The translations under genes and the position numbers were made by a program. Source: an uncultured Gammaproteobacteria bacterium (GTDB taxonomy: Bacteria; Pseudomonadota; Gammaproteobacteria; JACCXJ01). Taken from it: a DNA stretch of 64,000 nucleotides. Shown piece after piece: positions 54,301 to 64,000 of this stretch. The notes under the pieces were generated by a model. That model was not told where the DNA came from and did not search any database. It worked only from the letters and a program-made list of their open reading frames with translations. Position 1 is the stretch's first letter; the number at the start of each line of letters is the position of its first letter. The stretch is taken from NCBI GenBank assembly GCA_963764725.1, contig CAVXTM010000002.1:96001-160000 (forward strand), in the 5' to 3' direction.

Positions 54301-55539
54301 GCCATCTCACGGTCAGCCCCATCTTCGGCTATCCCACCCTGGTAGTGTGTTTGGTCGTGCACCTGCTTCTCGGATACCGGCAGTTGCGCGATAGGCGTTA
54401 CTACGCTGATGATCCGCTGGTGAAGCGGATCTTGGGCTTGCGCCGCTTGCCCGATGTCGCCACCGTGAGCCGTGCGTTGGCGGGGGCAGACCAAGAGAGT
54501 GTCAGGCGCCTGCAGGGGCTGCTTAGGGAGGGGGTCCTCGCACGACTAGCGGCACTTCGGCTTCCCCGGGTGACGCTCGACTTCGATGGCTCGGTGATTG
54601 GCACAGGACGCTGGGCCGAGGGGACGGCGGTGGGGTTTAACCGCAAGAAAAAGGGCCAGCGCAGTTATTACCCGCTCTTTTGCACCCTCGCCCAAACCGG
54701 GCAGGTGTTCGATGTGCTGCACCGATCCGGCAACGTCCATGACTCCCACGGTGCCCGGGACTTCATCCTCGCTTGTATCGCCACGGTACGGGCCGCCCTC
54801 CCTGGGGTCTGCATTGAGGTGCGCATGGACAGTGCGTTTTTCAGCGATGAAATCATCGCCAGCCTCGACGCCCAAGGGGTGGAGTATACGGTGAGCGTCC
54901 CCTTCGAGCGCTTCGCTGAACTCAAGCAACGCATCGAAGCGCGCCGCTGGTGGTGGCCGCTCGGGGCGGGGTGCGCCTACTTCGAAGCGCAGTGGAAACC
55001 TAAGGCCTGGAACGTTCGCCATCGTTTCCTCTTTATTCGCACGCGGGTAAAACAGCAATTCAAGGATCCCGTGCAACTCGATCTCTTCACTCCGCACCAA
55101 TTCGGCTATGAGTTTAAGGTTATCCTCAGCAATAAACGCCTCGGTGCCCGCAAGGTACTCGCCTTCCATAACGGCCGCGGAAGTCAGGAAGGCCTCTTCG
55201 CCGAGCTCAAATCCGACAATCAGCTCGACTACGTGCCCACCCGTACCTGGGTCGGTAACCAGATCTACCTGCTCTCGGTGCTCCTCGCCCACAACCTCGG
55301 CCGCGAGCTCCAGATGATCGTCCATCCGCCTTCGCGCACAACCCTGGAGAAACGACCCGCCCTGTGGAATTTCGCGCGCCTCGACACCCTGCGGCGTCGC
55401 CTCATCCAGCGCGCAGGCCGCTTGATCCGGCCGCAAGGACAGCTCACCCTGCGGCAAAGCGTGGGAGTACCTGCTGATTCCGCATGACGTGATTGCAGAC
55501 AACATGAGCTTACAGGCGCTTAGGAACCACAGCGCCTAG
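51358..55539 (+). pseudogene. Type III restriction Res subunit interrupted near its C-terminus
   Basis: LATGVGKT, MDESHRY, LKEGWD, QSIGRGLR, YQPDFV..LEPK; reading frame resumes at 55452 (GKAWEYLLIPHD). Confidence 0.9.
53937..55451 (+). mobile_element. IS1380-family element, 3'-truncated; transposase starts at 54147
   Basis: LTSFSGL, TLDFDGSV, SYYPL, VRMDSAF, HNGRGSQEGLFAELK. Confidence 0.88.
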
Positions 55540-56081
55540 TCTTTCTCCGACATGGCCAAAGCCCCCGCATCCGAACGCCTGCTCATCCTGGCAAAGACGC
55601 ATCCGGCGCCGAGCACGAAGCACCGGGAAATCAGTTGGGTCGCGGCGGTAAATGGCGACCGCAAGCTCCGCCGTTTGTGATCCCGTTGCGCCAGACCTTC
55701 GTGTTCGTCGCGCCGGACAATGACCTCGTACAGCCGATTGAGCCGGTCATTGGCCTCATCGATGCGGTGAATCACGTCGACATGAATTGCATCGATGCGC
55801 TTATTCGTCTCATCGATGCGGTGTGAAAGATCGACATGAACGGCATCGATGCGCTTATTCGTCTCGTCGATACGGTGTATGAGATCGACATGAACGGCGT
55901 CGATGCGCTTATTCGTCTCGTCGATGCGGCGGCTTTGGTCGGCTAGGTGAACGTTGATGTCGTCCAGCCGCTTATTGGTGAGTTGCAGGATAGTTTTGAT
56001 TTCGGCATTTTCCGCCCGGATCTGCTTGAGCTCGGGTACCACGACGTCTTGAAAAAATCTCTGTAATACGCCCATCAGCAT
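55536..56081 (-). CDS. Coiled-coil protein with 18-aa tandem repeats, C-terminus probably chimeric
   Basis: RIDETNKRIDAVHVDLIH x3 (54-bp repeats). Confidence 0.7.
   Translation of the reverse strand: MLMGVLQRFFQDVVVPELKQIRAENAEIKTILQLTNKRLDDINVHLADQSRRIDETNKRIDAVHVDLIHRIDETNKRIDAVHVDLSHRIDETNKRIDAIHVDVIHRIDEANDRLNRLYEVIVRRDEHEGLAQRDHKRRSLRSPFTAATQLISRCFVLGAGCVFARMSRRSDAGALAMSEKD
55552..55680 (+). pseudogene. N-terminal fragment of a hypothetical gene downstream of res
   Basis: MAKAPASERLLILAKTHPAPSTKHREISWVAAV...RRL*. Confidence 0.45.
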
Positions 56082-56151
56082 AGGGATCTCCGTGCAGCTT
56101 TCGATGCGTGACTAAGAGTAAAATCTAGCTTTCAACGAGTCGGCGCCGGAG

Positions 56152-56293
56152 ATGTAGGGTGAGTATGCTGGCCGCAACTCACCGACTCGGCCCGCGTAGC
56201 TAGCCTCCTTTTCAAGCTCTACTCCAAGGTGTCGGCCTGCGCCGACGGGTTGGTGGGTTACGCCGCGAACAGCGCGGTTAACCCACCCTACAT
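56152..56293. repeat. REPIN-like element: two inverted GTAG-type REP hairpins
   Basis: ATGTAGGGTG...CACCCTACAT outer inverted repeat; hairpins GGTGAGT..ACTCACC and GGTGGGTTA..TAACCCACC. Confidence 0.7.
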
Positions 56294-56529
56294 TGAAGTC
56301 ATAGGGCGAGCGGGCGTGCGAGTCTGTTGAGGTCGTTTTGTTCAGCATTCAAGACGTTCGTATCTAGCATTCAACGAGTCGGCGCGGGAGACGTGTAGCG
56401 GCGAAGGCCAGCACTGCAAGTATATCTTTCCGCTTCAGATCTGCGCAACAGGCTATCTCCGGAGAATTAAACGCCGCGATTCGATGTTACCACACCCCGC
56501 TCCCTGCTGGACCAGCCGCGAATCGCCGA

Positions 56530-56775
56530 TCACACGTCGCCTGAGGTCGATCGGATCTCATCGATCAGCTTCAAGGATCCCGGATCACCGGGTTGCGATG
56601 TTCCCAGCAACCACGCCATGATGTCCTGGTCCGCTTGGTCGAGCAGCTCGGCGAAGCGAAGTTGATCGGCTTCGGCAAGCTGGTGGTAGCGGCGATCGAG
56701 AAATCTTTCAAGGATGATATCGAGCTCGCGCATCCCGCGCCGGCAACGCCATCGGAGCCGGTCGATCGAAGTCAT
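56530..56775 (-). CDS. sdhE: Succinate dehydrogenase FAD assembly factor
   Basis: RLRWRCRRGMRELD motif. Confidence 0.92.
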   Translation of the reverse strand: MTSIDRLRWRCRRGMRELDIILERFLDRRYHQLAEADQLRFAELLDQADQDIMAWLLGTSQPGDPGSLKLIDEIRSTSGDV

Positions 56776-56789
56776 GAGCTTAACGGGTC

Positions 56790-57569
56790 TCACAGCGCTC
56801 GCGTTAGCAGCAATTTCTTGATCTCCCCGATCGCCTTCGCCGGGTTGAGGCCCTTGGGGCAGGCCTTGGTGCAATTCATGATCGTATGGCAGCGGTACAG
56901 GCGATACGAATCTTCGAGCGCGTCGAGGCGCTCGCCCGTATTCTCGTCGCGGCTGTCGACGATCCAGCGGTAGGCCTGAAGCAGAATAGCAGGTCCGAGA
57001 AAGCGATCACCGTTCCACCAGTAACTCGGACAACCCGTCGAGCAACAGGCGCAGAGAATACATTCATACAGCCCGTCAAGTTGGGCGCGGTCTTCCTTGG
57101 TTTGCAAACGCTCGCGGGCGGGCGCCGGTGTGTCCGCCTGTAACCAGGGTTTGATCGAGGCATATTGGGCATAAAAATGCGTCAGATCGGGCACCAGATC
57201 CTTGATCACCGGCAGGTGCGGCAGGGGGTAGACGGAAACCTCCATCTCGGCGTCATCGATGGCCTTGGTGCACGCTAAGGTATTGGATCCATCGATATTC
57301 ATCGCACACGAGCCACACACGCCCTCGCGGCAGGAGCGCCGGAAAGTCAAGGTGGCATCGAGCTCATTTTTTATGTAGATAAGTGCATCCAGCACCATCG
57401 GGCCGCAGCGGCTCAGATCGATATCGAAACTGTCCAATTGCGGCGGCTTACTGGCATCTGGATCATAGCGGTACACCTTAAAACGTTTGACCCGCCGAGC
57501 GCCCGCCGGCGCGGTCAAATGTTTTCCCCTCTCGATATTCTCAAACATTGGCAATTTCATGGCACGCAT
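56790..57569 (-). CDS. sdhB: Succinate dehydrogenase iron-sulfur subunit
   Basis: [35 protein letters not shown]. Confidence 0.97.
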   Translation of the reverse strand: MRAMKLPMFENIERGKHLTAPAGARRVKRFKVYRYDPDASKPPQLDSFDIDLSRCGPMVLDALIYIKNELDATLTFRRSCREGVCGSCAMNIDGSNTLACTKAIDDAEMEVSVYPLPHLPVIKDLVPDLTHFYAQYASIKPWLQADTPAPARERLQTKEDRAQLDGLYECILCACCSTGCPSYWWNGDRFLGPAILLQAYRWIVDSRDENTGERLDALEDSYRLYRCHTIMNCTKACPKGLNPAKAIGEIKKLLLTRAL

Positions 57570-57604
57570 CGCTGTCCCTCGCCAAGCAGGTTGTTGATAT
57601 CGTC

Positions 57605-57659
57605 AGAGGTTGTGAAAAAACCGTGGCGAGCGAGCGCAGCAGATTTTTTCACAAGCTCT
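57605..57659. mobile_element. Minimal 55-bp MITE related to 48985-49192
   Basis: AGAGGTTGTGAAAAAA...TTTTTTCACAAGCTCT abutting the sdhA stop. Confidence 0.6.
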
Positions 57660-58320
57660 CAGTACACGCGCGCCTTTGGCGGTATGACCTCGACTTCATC
57701 CGTGAGCGTACGCAGGTGTACCGGCCGGTAGTCGAAGCGCGCCTCGCCGCGTTCATCGAGCCAGGTCAACGTGTGCTTGAGCCAGTTCTCATCATCGCGT
57801 CGAGGATAATCCTCGCGCGCATGCGCGCCGCGGCTCTCGGTGCGGTTATGAGCCGCGCCTATACTCACCATCGCCTGTCCCAGCAAATTATCAAGCTCCA
57901 AGGTTTCCACTAGATCGGTGTTCCAGATGAGGGAACGATCCGATACCCGCACTTCGGAAAAGGACTCTCGGATGGATTTGAATTTGTGAATTCCCTCGCC
58001 GAGCAGCTCCGCGCTCCTAAAGACCGCTGCGTGGTTCTGCATCACGCGTTGCATGTCCAGCCTGATCTTCGCGGTCGGGCGCGATCCTTGCGCGTGACGC
58101 AGTCGATCGAAACGTGTCAGTACGGCTTCGGTGATTTCCTCGGGCAGCGGCTTGTGAGCCTGCCCGGGTTGGATATGGGCCGCGCAGTAGTTGGCCGCCG
58201 CGCGTCCGAACACGATGAGATCGAGCAGCGAATTGGACCCCAGCCGATTGGCGCCGTGGACGGAGACGCAAGCGCACTCGCCGATGGCCATGAGACCCGG
58301 CACGACCGCATCGGGATCGC
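57659..58320 (-). pseudogene. sdhA: Succinate dehydrogenase flavoprotein, C-terminal third only
   Basis: GECACVSVHGANRLGSNSLLD, ESRGAHAR, PKARVY; 5' part replaced by IS fragments. Confidence 0.93.
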
Positions 58321-58417
58321 CTTCCATAACGGGCGGGGCAGTCAGGAGGGTATCTTCGCCGAGCTCAAATCCGACAACCAGCTCGACTATGTCCCCACGC
58401 GTACTTGGGTCGGCAAT
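58317..58417 (+). mobile_element. Short IS1380 transposase fragment (isoform of 55159-55259)
   Basis: AFHNGRGSQEGIFAELKSDNQLDYVPTRTWVGN. Confidence 0.85.
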
Positions 58418-58735
58418 CTTCGAGGACGATAAGCGCTGGTACCAGGTTTTTCACCTCCGCGACCAATGCTGCAATACCCGCTTCATCATTGCTAAAGCGT
58501 AGCGTGGTCCCAGAGGGGCGTATCGCCACATCCAACACGGCCTTAGACACATCGATACCGACGAACACTGCGGTTATTTCGTTCATGCCATTGCTCCGTT
58601 ACCCAACCTTGCAAAAATGCGGGCTCTTATGGGCCCAAGCAACTGTTCGGGTTGATTGAGAAAGGGACGTGGCGACGCACGCTCAGCGGCGGGATCATTG
58701 TCCCAAGGACGCACCGGTCTACCACGTCCATTACA
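58418..58735 (-). mobile_element. IS110-family left end: noncoding leader plus recombinase N-terminus
   Basis: VFVGIDVSKAVLDV...LIVLE DEDD RuvC start; about 150-bp structured leader upstream. Confidence 0.8.
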
Positions 58736-58849
58736 ACACTTTGGCTCAAATAATTGACTGAAACCAACGTTGTGGATATGTGGAATCTTCCCTGATACCC
58801 ACATATCCACAACCCAACAACAGAATAAATATCCATAGAAAAGAAAGAT

Positions 58850-60311
58850 ACAAGGATGCAGCGATGAAGGGCGAAGGCTATCAAGTGAAGAGCAGCGGGA
58901 ATGCATCTGACAACCGACCCGAGTCGGCCGTGACGAAGTCACGGGATGAACCTGCGGCTGGAGAACGGGATATGCCCGAGTCGATTCCAAACTCCGCGTT
59001 GCTCGAACGCGTGTTAGAACGCGCGAACCTGCAACGTGCCCTCAAACAGTCAGAAGTAACCAAGGCGCGCCAGGCATCGATGGGATGACTGTCGAGGAGC
59101 TTCCGGACTATCTCCGACATCATTGGAGGGATATTCGCGCGCAACTGGTGGCAGGCACGTATCGCCCGCAACCGGTACGGCGTGTGGAAATCCCGAAGCC
59201 CGATGGACGCAAGCGTTTGCTCGGCATACCGACGGTGTTGGATCGCTTCATCCAACAAGCCATTGCGCAAGTCGTACAGGCGCAATGGGAACCGCACTTC
59301 CACCCCTGGAGCTACGGATTTCGCCCGCAACGCTCGGCCCACCAGGCCGTGCGGCAACTGCAGGCGGACATTCGCGAAGGTTACCGCTGGGTGGTGGATC
59401 TCGACTTGGAGGCGTTCTTTGACCGAGTTAATCACGATCGGTTGGTTGCGCGGCTCAAACGATCCGACCATTCGCTACTCCGCCTGGTCAACCGCTATCT
59501 CAAGGCGGGGGTTCGCGTAGGCAGCCGTACGGAAGCGACGACGAGGGGGGTTCCCCAAGGCGGTCCGCTTTCGCCCGTGCTTGCCAACGTGGTGTTGGAT
59601 GAACTCGACTGGGAGCTTACCCGGCGCGGCCACCGCTTTGCCCGCTATGCCGATGACTGCAACATTGTGGTCAAGAGCGAACGGGCAGGTAAGCGGGTGA
59701 TGGCAAGTGTGACACGCTTTATCGAAGAATCGCTGCGGCTCACAGTGAATACGAGAAAGAGCGCGGTGGATCGCCCGTGGAAGCGCAGCTTCCTGGGCTT
59801 CACGGTCAGTCGCAACGAGGTCCGGCTCAAGGTGGCGGAGAAAGCCATCGACAAGCTCAAGGCCGAGGTGCGCGAACTGACCCGTCGTACACGAGGCTAC
59901 CGTTTGGTGGATGTTGTGGCAGAGCTGAGAGAATACCCTGCTTGGTTGGAAAGCGTACTTCGGCGTCGCCGAGGTGCTGAGCCCTCTGCGCGATGTCGAC
60001 AAATGGATACGACGCAAGTTACGCTGCTATCAATGGAAGCAATGGGGACGAGCGGGCTATCGGGAACTGCGACGACGCGGTGTCACCGTGCGCGAAGCAT
60101 GGAACCTGAGCAAGTCGGCGCATGGACCGTGGCGCCTCTCCAAGACCCCGGCGCTCACGCTGGCTCTGCCGGCGCGGTACTTCAGCGGTTTGGGACTGCC
60201 GAGTCTGGCAGCGAGCTAGGAATATGTTTCATCGAACCGCCGTGTACGTGATCCGTATGCCCGGTGGTGTAGGAGGGGCGGGGGGCCGCGAGGCCTCCCC
60301 CTATCCCTGAT
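58850..60311 (+). mobile_element. ltrA: Group II intron (class C-like), 5'-truncated, RT/maturase with two frameshifts
   Basis: PGIDGM, IPKPDG.KR.LGIPTV.DR, PQGGPLSP, RYADD, WKQW; domain V GAACCGCCGTGTACG..CGGTGGTG at 60234; domain VI ending CCCTATCCCTGAT. Confidence 0.9.
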
Positions 60312-60346
60312 TAGTCGCGTCCGTTTCCGTTAATGTCAAATGCATA

Positions 60347-61948
60347 GGGTGTAGGTCTCAAACTGATCATCAGTGTGCCCTGGCGCCAGGGAATGCAACG
60401 ACGTTATCGGGAGCCGCGACGTGGGCACAGTAGGTTTGCGCGAGCAACCGCCAACCGTGATCGAAGCGCTGGCTCTGCGCGAGCGCGCGCAAGGTCAAGA
60501 TCGCTTGTCCGCCCGCATGCCGCCAACGCATTCCCGATCGTTTCATTCGTTGCGTCACCAGCGTCTTGCACGCCGCTTCCACCACACCTGAACCGATCGG
60601 CAACCCCAGCGCTTTTGCCCCCGCGTAGCCCATGCGCGCTCGATTGCGGCGGAAGTAGCCGAGCTCGGTCGCCAGCACCTTGCGGCGCGGATGCCGGTTG
60701 CGCTGATAGGCAAGTGTGCGGATCACCTTTTCGACTCCATCGTGCTCCGCGCGCAGGATGTGCCGATAGGTCTCAAACTGGGTGCGCGCCTTCGGGGTGT
60801 TCTCCCCGTAGGCCACCGCAAACGCTGCCTTGAGATGCTCGGCGGCGTGGTAGAAGTCGATGATCTCCTCACCCGCGGGCAGTTCATCGCTGAGGAAGGT
60901 CCAGTTGTCCTTGGCCCCGTCGGCGAGCTTGACCACCCGCAGTCCCGGACGTTCTTGGAGCACGGTCGACACCTCCGCCGCTAGCATCGTCTTCAGGGTC
61001 GCTTTCTTCGACTCCGGCATCCGCGCCATGCGCACCGTGCCCAGCCGCTCGCCTTCGGCATCGTGAAAGCTCAGCGTCGCACAGCCCACTTCTTGATAGC
61101 CGGCCGGTCCTTTCGTGTGCTTACCCTCGGCAACACCCCGCTCGCGCTTAGCAGCGCGCCCCCCGTCCTTCATCGGTGTCATCACCCCATCGAGCGACAC
61201 CGCCACCGTGACCGCCGCTTCGGGAATCCTCATCGCTCCGCGCAACTGCGCATCGAAGTGTTCCCGTTGCGCTTCCCACTGCGCCGAGCACTGCTTCGGC
61301 AACCGATCCAGACTGCTCTTCGAGGGACTCATGTTGCCCACTTCCCGAAACAACCCTTCGGCCTCCTGCGGGGTCAGATGCGCCACCGCCCACAGCGCTT
61401 GGCGCGCCGCGCGCGGGGTGAACTGACCGGCCACCATACCCGCACGCAACTCCAACGGCACCACCGTCCCATCGCGACCACGGCGGTACAGCGTGCGCCA
61501 CACCTTCACCGCACCCGCCGCGCTCAGGTAGGTCTCCGAACTGCGTAGCACCCGATGGTGCAGGTGCCCGTCAATCAGCAGCTGCGGCTGGTTCACATCC
61601 AGCCGCTCCAGCTCCTCGGCGAGGATCTCGCACTCGGCGTCCATAAATACGGCGTGCAACTCCTGTTCAAAGCGTTCGAAGTTCTCCTCCGCCCCACGAC
61701 GGGCGCGCAGCTCCGCGACTGCCTTATGCAGTCGTTCGATCGCTGCGTTTGTGGCCGTGGCATCGTTTTGGGACGTGTGAAATACTGGCATCGGGGCAGC
61801 CCTCCGGAGTTCGTTGGATTAATGCACGACGAATTATCCACGAGGACCACTGCCCCTTCATCTCCCTACCACCATGACAAATTGTCAGCTCACGCTACCC
61901 GAACGCAAAAAACTCCAATAAAACCAGATCAGTTGCCGATCTACACCC
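60347..61948 (-). mobile_element. Complete ISKra4-like IS (transposase 60370..61791) with 8-bp target-site duplication
   Basis: LDG, ADGAKDNW, DFYHAAEHL, PIGSGVVEAACK; imperfect 22-bp IRs starting GGGTGTAG; AATGCATA at 60339 and 61949. Confidence 0.9.
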
Positions 61949-61949
61949 A

Positions 61950-63155
61950 ATGCATAGCCTGATCGAAAGCATAAGCGCCTGGATACCGGTCGACCCGAGG
62001 GCGCGGCTGGAGCAGCTTCGGAGCAGAGAGAGAGGTAAAAGCAGACCGGCGCGCCTTGTCGTTGGGGAAAAACTTTCGCCCCTGGATTTTTACGTGTATC
62101 TCAAAGCACGTTTCGGACCGCCGAACGGAATCCAGATGCCCTTGCGGAATCCATCTTCCGACAATCTCATTCACTGGCACTACACAATCGGAGGAGGGCC
62201 GGCAGTGCTGGAAATCTGGCAGGCAAATCTCAGTATGGAGATATACCTCGAAGGTATCGAGACTCCTACGGACGCGGACTGGGATAGGCTACTTCTTGCG
62301 ATCAAGGGGGACTTCGCGAACTACGGACAGAAAATGTCCGTCGTCCGAAAGGAGTTGGAGCGCTGGCATCTCTTCATCAATCCCTACAAACGGTTACATG
62401 ACGTTTTGGAACGCAGTCGTTTAGACCTAATTGCGCTTGATATTGACTCCGTCATTGTGCCAAGGACCCCGGAAACCCCGGACGACCTTAAGATGCTCTC
62501 GGAGACCATCTCCAAGCATCAAGCACGGTTCGAAGAGGCGTTGAGACTAGGTGTAACCATCCGAATGCTCGCCCCTGTTCTTGGAGAGGCATTCGTCAAC
62601 TCATTGATCTTCGTTTTGGCCAAACCGGAGATCAAAGCTGATTCGCGACTATATCAGGACGTTATTCGGCGTGAGGTCGATGTGCGAATAAAAAGCTTGC
62701 ATTTGCATTGCAACGGATTCGCCAAACCTGTAGACGCCACCGCAGAGCGGTTCAAGTCTTTCCAGACGTTGATGAACGGTCGGAACGATTTTCTTCATGG
62801 CAACGTTGACCCGACAAAGTTGAAATACGACACTGTGTATTTCGACTTTCGGACCGTACCGATCTTCGAGACCCGAGCTACATTCGGCGAGATGGCACTT
62901 TCCCACAAGCTCATTCATGTCGAACCGACGGTGGCGCTATCAGATATTGAGACGGTGAAGCAATTCATTGATCTTGTACTAGAAAGTTTGCAGCCTGAGC
63001 GTCGAGAGCTCGTGCGCCGTTTCATGGAAACAACGTCACCGGGCTGGCGACCTGATACGGGTACGCCTGGTGTGCTCTTTCCGGAGCACGTCATCCACTC
63101 TGTGCTCGCGATGGGTCCGGAGAAGGAAGATGATGATTGTGGCAACGCGAGCTAG
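61950..63155 (+). CDS. Hypothetical protein with a HEPN-like Rx4H motif
   Basis: GRNDFLHGN in a helical C-terminal half; followed by an attC-like hairpin. Confidence 0.55.
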   Translation: MHSLIESISAWIPVDPRARLEQLRSRERGKSRPARLVVGEKLSPLDFYVYLKARFGPPNGIQMPLRNPSSDNLIHWHYTIGGGPAVLEIWQANLSMEIYLEGIETPTDADWDRLLLAIKGDFANYGQKMSVVRKELERWHLFINPYKRLHDVLERSRLDLIALDIDSVIVPRTPETPDDLKMLSETISKHQARFEEALRLGVTIRMLAPVLGEAFVNSLIFVLAKPEIKADSRLYQDVIRREVDVRIKSLHLHCNGFAKPVDATAERFKSFQTLMNGRNDFLHGNVDPTKLKYDTVYFDFRTVPIFETRATFGEMALSHKLIHVEPTVALSDIETVKQFIDLVLESLQPERRELVRRFMETTSPGWRPDTGTPGVLFPEHVIHSVLAMGPEKEDDDCGNAS

Positions 63156-63218
63156 CCAACCGCTGCACCCGACGGCTCACCGCCGCGCGTTTCGCCGCGG
63201 GTGAGCGGCACGTGGGAC
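63150..63218 (+). other. Degenerate attC-like site
   Basis: CCGCTGCACCCG..CGGGTGAGCGG palindrome; cores eroded (AGCTAGC / GTGGGAC). Confidence 0.55.
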
Positions 63219-63238
63219 ATTCTGCTGGGAGGAGGAGA

Positions 63239-64000
63239 GTGAACTACTTCCTGGATCTCTTCAGCCCGGAAACCTACGAGGCGTTTAGGCGTTCCGATCG
63301 CTCGGTGTCCGGGTTCCGCCCCCGGCATAAGAACGCGGCGGAGCGGGTCCGCCCTGGCGACAAGCTGGTCTGCTACATGACACGGGTCTCACGCTGGTTC
63401 GGTGTGCTCGAAGTCCTTGAGGGTCCGTTCCGCGACAGCACGCCGATCTTCCTCGAGGAAGTCGATCCTTTCGTAGTGCGCTTTCGCGTCAGGCCGATCG
63501 TGTGGCTTGCGGTCGAGAAAGCCGTTCCCATTTACGAAGACGCGGTGTGGAACCAGCTGTCCTTTACCAAGGGGCAGACGAGAGGTACTCCTACGTGGAC
63601 GGGCCGGGTCCGGACCAGCCTGGTGCAGCTTAGCGACGCCGACGGACGGCTTCTAGAGTCCCTGCTTCTGGAACAAAGTCGTGGTGGCCGGGCCTATCCA
63701 CTCGATACGTCGGATTCCCGGAAGCTCGCCACTCATCGAGTGCGGCGCGTGGACAAGGATGTGACCGTTACCGTTCCGGAAGATCGGGACGACGTGGATC
63801 AGGAAAGGGCGCCTCAAGCAGAGGTACGGGAATCAATCCAGATCCAGGCCCTCCTGGCGGACATTGGCGCGCGCATGGGCATGCAGATCTGGATCCCGCG
63901 CGCCGACCGCGCGGCCGTGGTCGGGGAATGGAAGGGGGACCACCCGCCACCCCTTGAGCGCCTTCCCCTCAACTACGACGAGACCACCCTGCGAACCATC
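63239..64000 (+). CDS. EVE-domain protein with probable C-terminal REase, 3'-partial
   Basis: GTG start after GGAGGAG; MNYFLDLFSPETY..VRPGDKLVCY EVE-like; RESIQIQALLADIG..MQIWIP. Confidence 0.75.
   Translation, partial: MNYFLDLFSPETYEAFRRSDRSVSGFRPRHKNAAERVRPGDKLVCYMTRVSRWFGVLEVLEGPFRDSTPIFLEEVDPFVVRFRVRPIVWLAVEKAVPIYEDAVWNQLSFTKGQTRGTPTWTGRVRTSLVQLSDADGRLLESLLLEQSRGGRAYPLDTSDSRKLATHRVRRVDKDVTVTVPEDRDDVDQERAPQAEVRESIQIQALLADIGARMGMQIWIPRADRAAVVGEWKGDHPPPLERLPLNYDETTLRTI

Noticed and set aside
38979-56690. Scattered GCTGGTGG (E. coli Chi) octamers near recBCD
   Set aside because: Few, mostly within codons, and the Chi sequence of this organism is unknown
58850-60311. Reverse transcriptase as a DGR or retron acting on the near-identical repeats in the window
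   Set aside because: It has group II intron domains V/VI and a maturase region; repeat mismatches are few, mostly silent or ordinary transitions, and not an adenine-specific TR/VR pattern
1-64000. CRISPR array, tRNA or rRNA
   Set aside because: No regularly spaced repeat-spacer units or recognisable RNA genes were seen by eye

Overview
GC-rich proteobacterial (probably gammaproteobacterial) chromosomal segment. A thin core backbone (PA0069-type radical SAM, tolC, recC-recB...recD, sdhE-sdhB-sdhA') is broken up by accessory cargo. Defence and toxin-antitoxin cargo includes a Gabija-like OLD nuclease + UvrD pair, an MNT-HEPN pair, a frameshifted type I HsdR, a giant TM-NACHT-coiled-coil gene, Fic, a type III Res, HEPN proteins and an EVE-REase. 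There are two polysaccharide-synthase loci: a GT2 + membrane-fusion-like protein with a divergent GH18 chitinase, and a minimal bcsA + bcsS. Also present are integrase-less integron cassettes with matching attC cores, IS5/IS110/IS1380/ISKra4 elements or remnants, MITEs, a REPIN and a class C-like group II intron. The most striking structure is that cargo blocks repeatedly sit between slightly diverged duplicate pieces of core genes (recC, recB, the sdhE/sdhB junction). The best candidates for undescribed systems are the GT2-MFP-GH18 (possible chitin-like polymer) cluster, the wHTH + AAA + dead-nuclease/FtsK-alpha operon after recD, and the giant membrane NACHT protein. Many single-base frameshifts (dense at 4.9-7.9 kb) suggest long-read errors, so pseudogene calls are tentative. 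No CRISPR array, rRNA or tRNA was seen. All family assignments come from motif recognition, not database searches.
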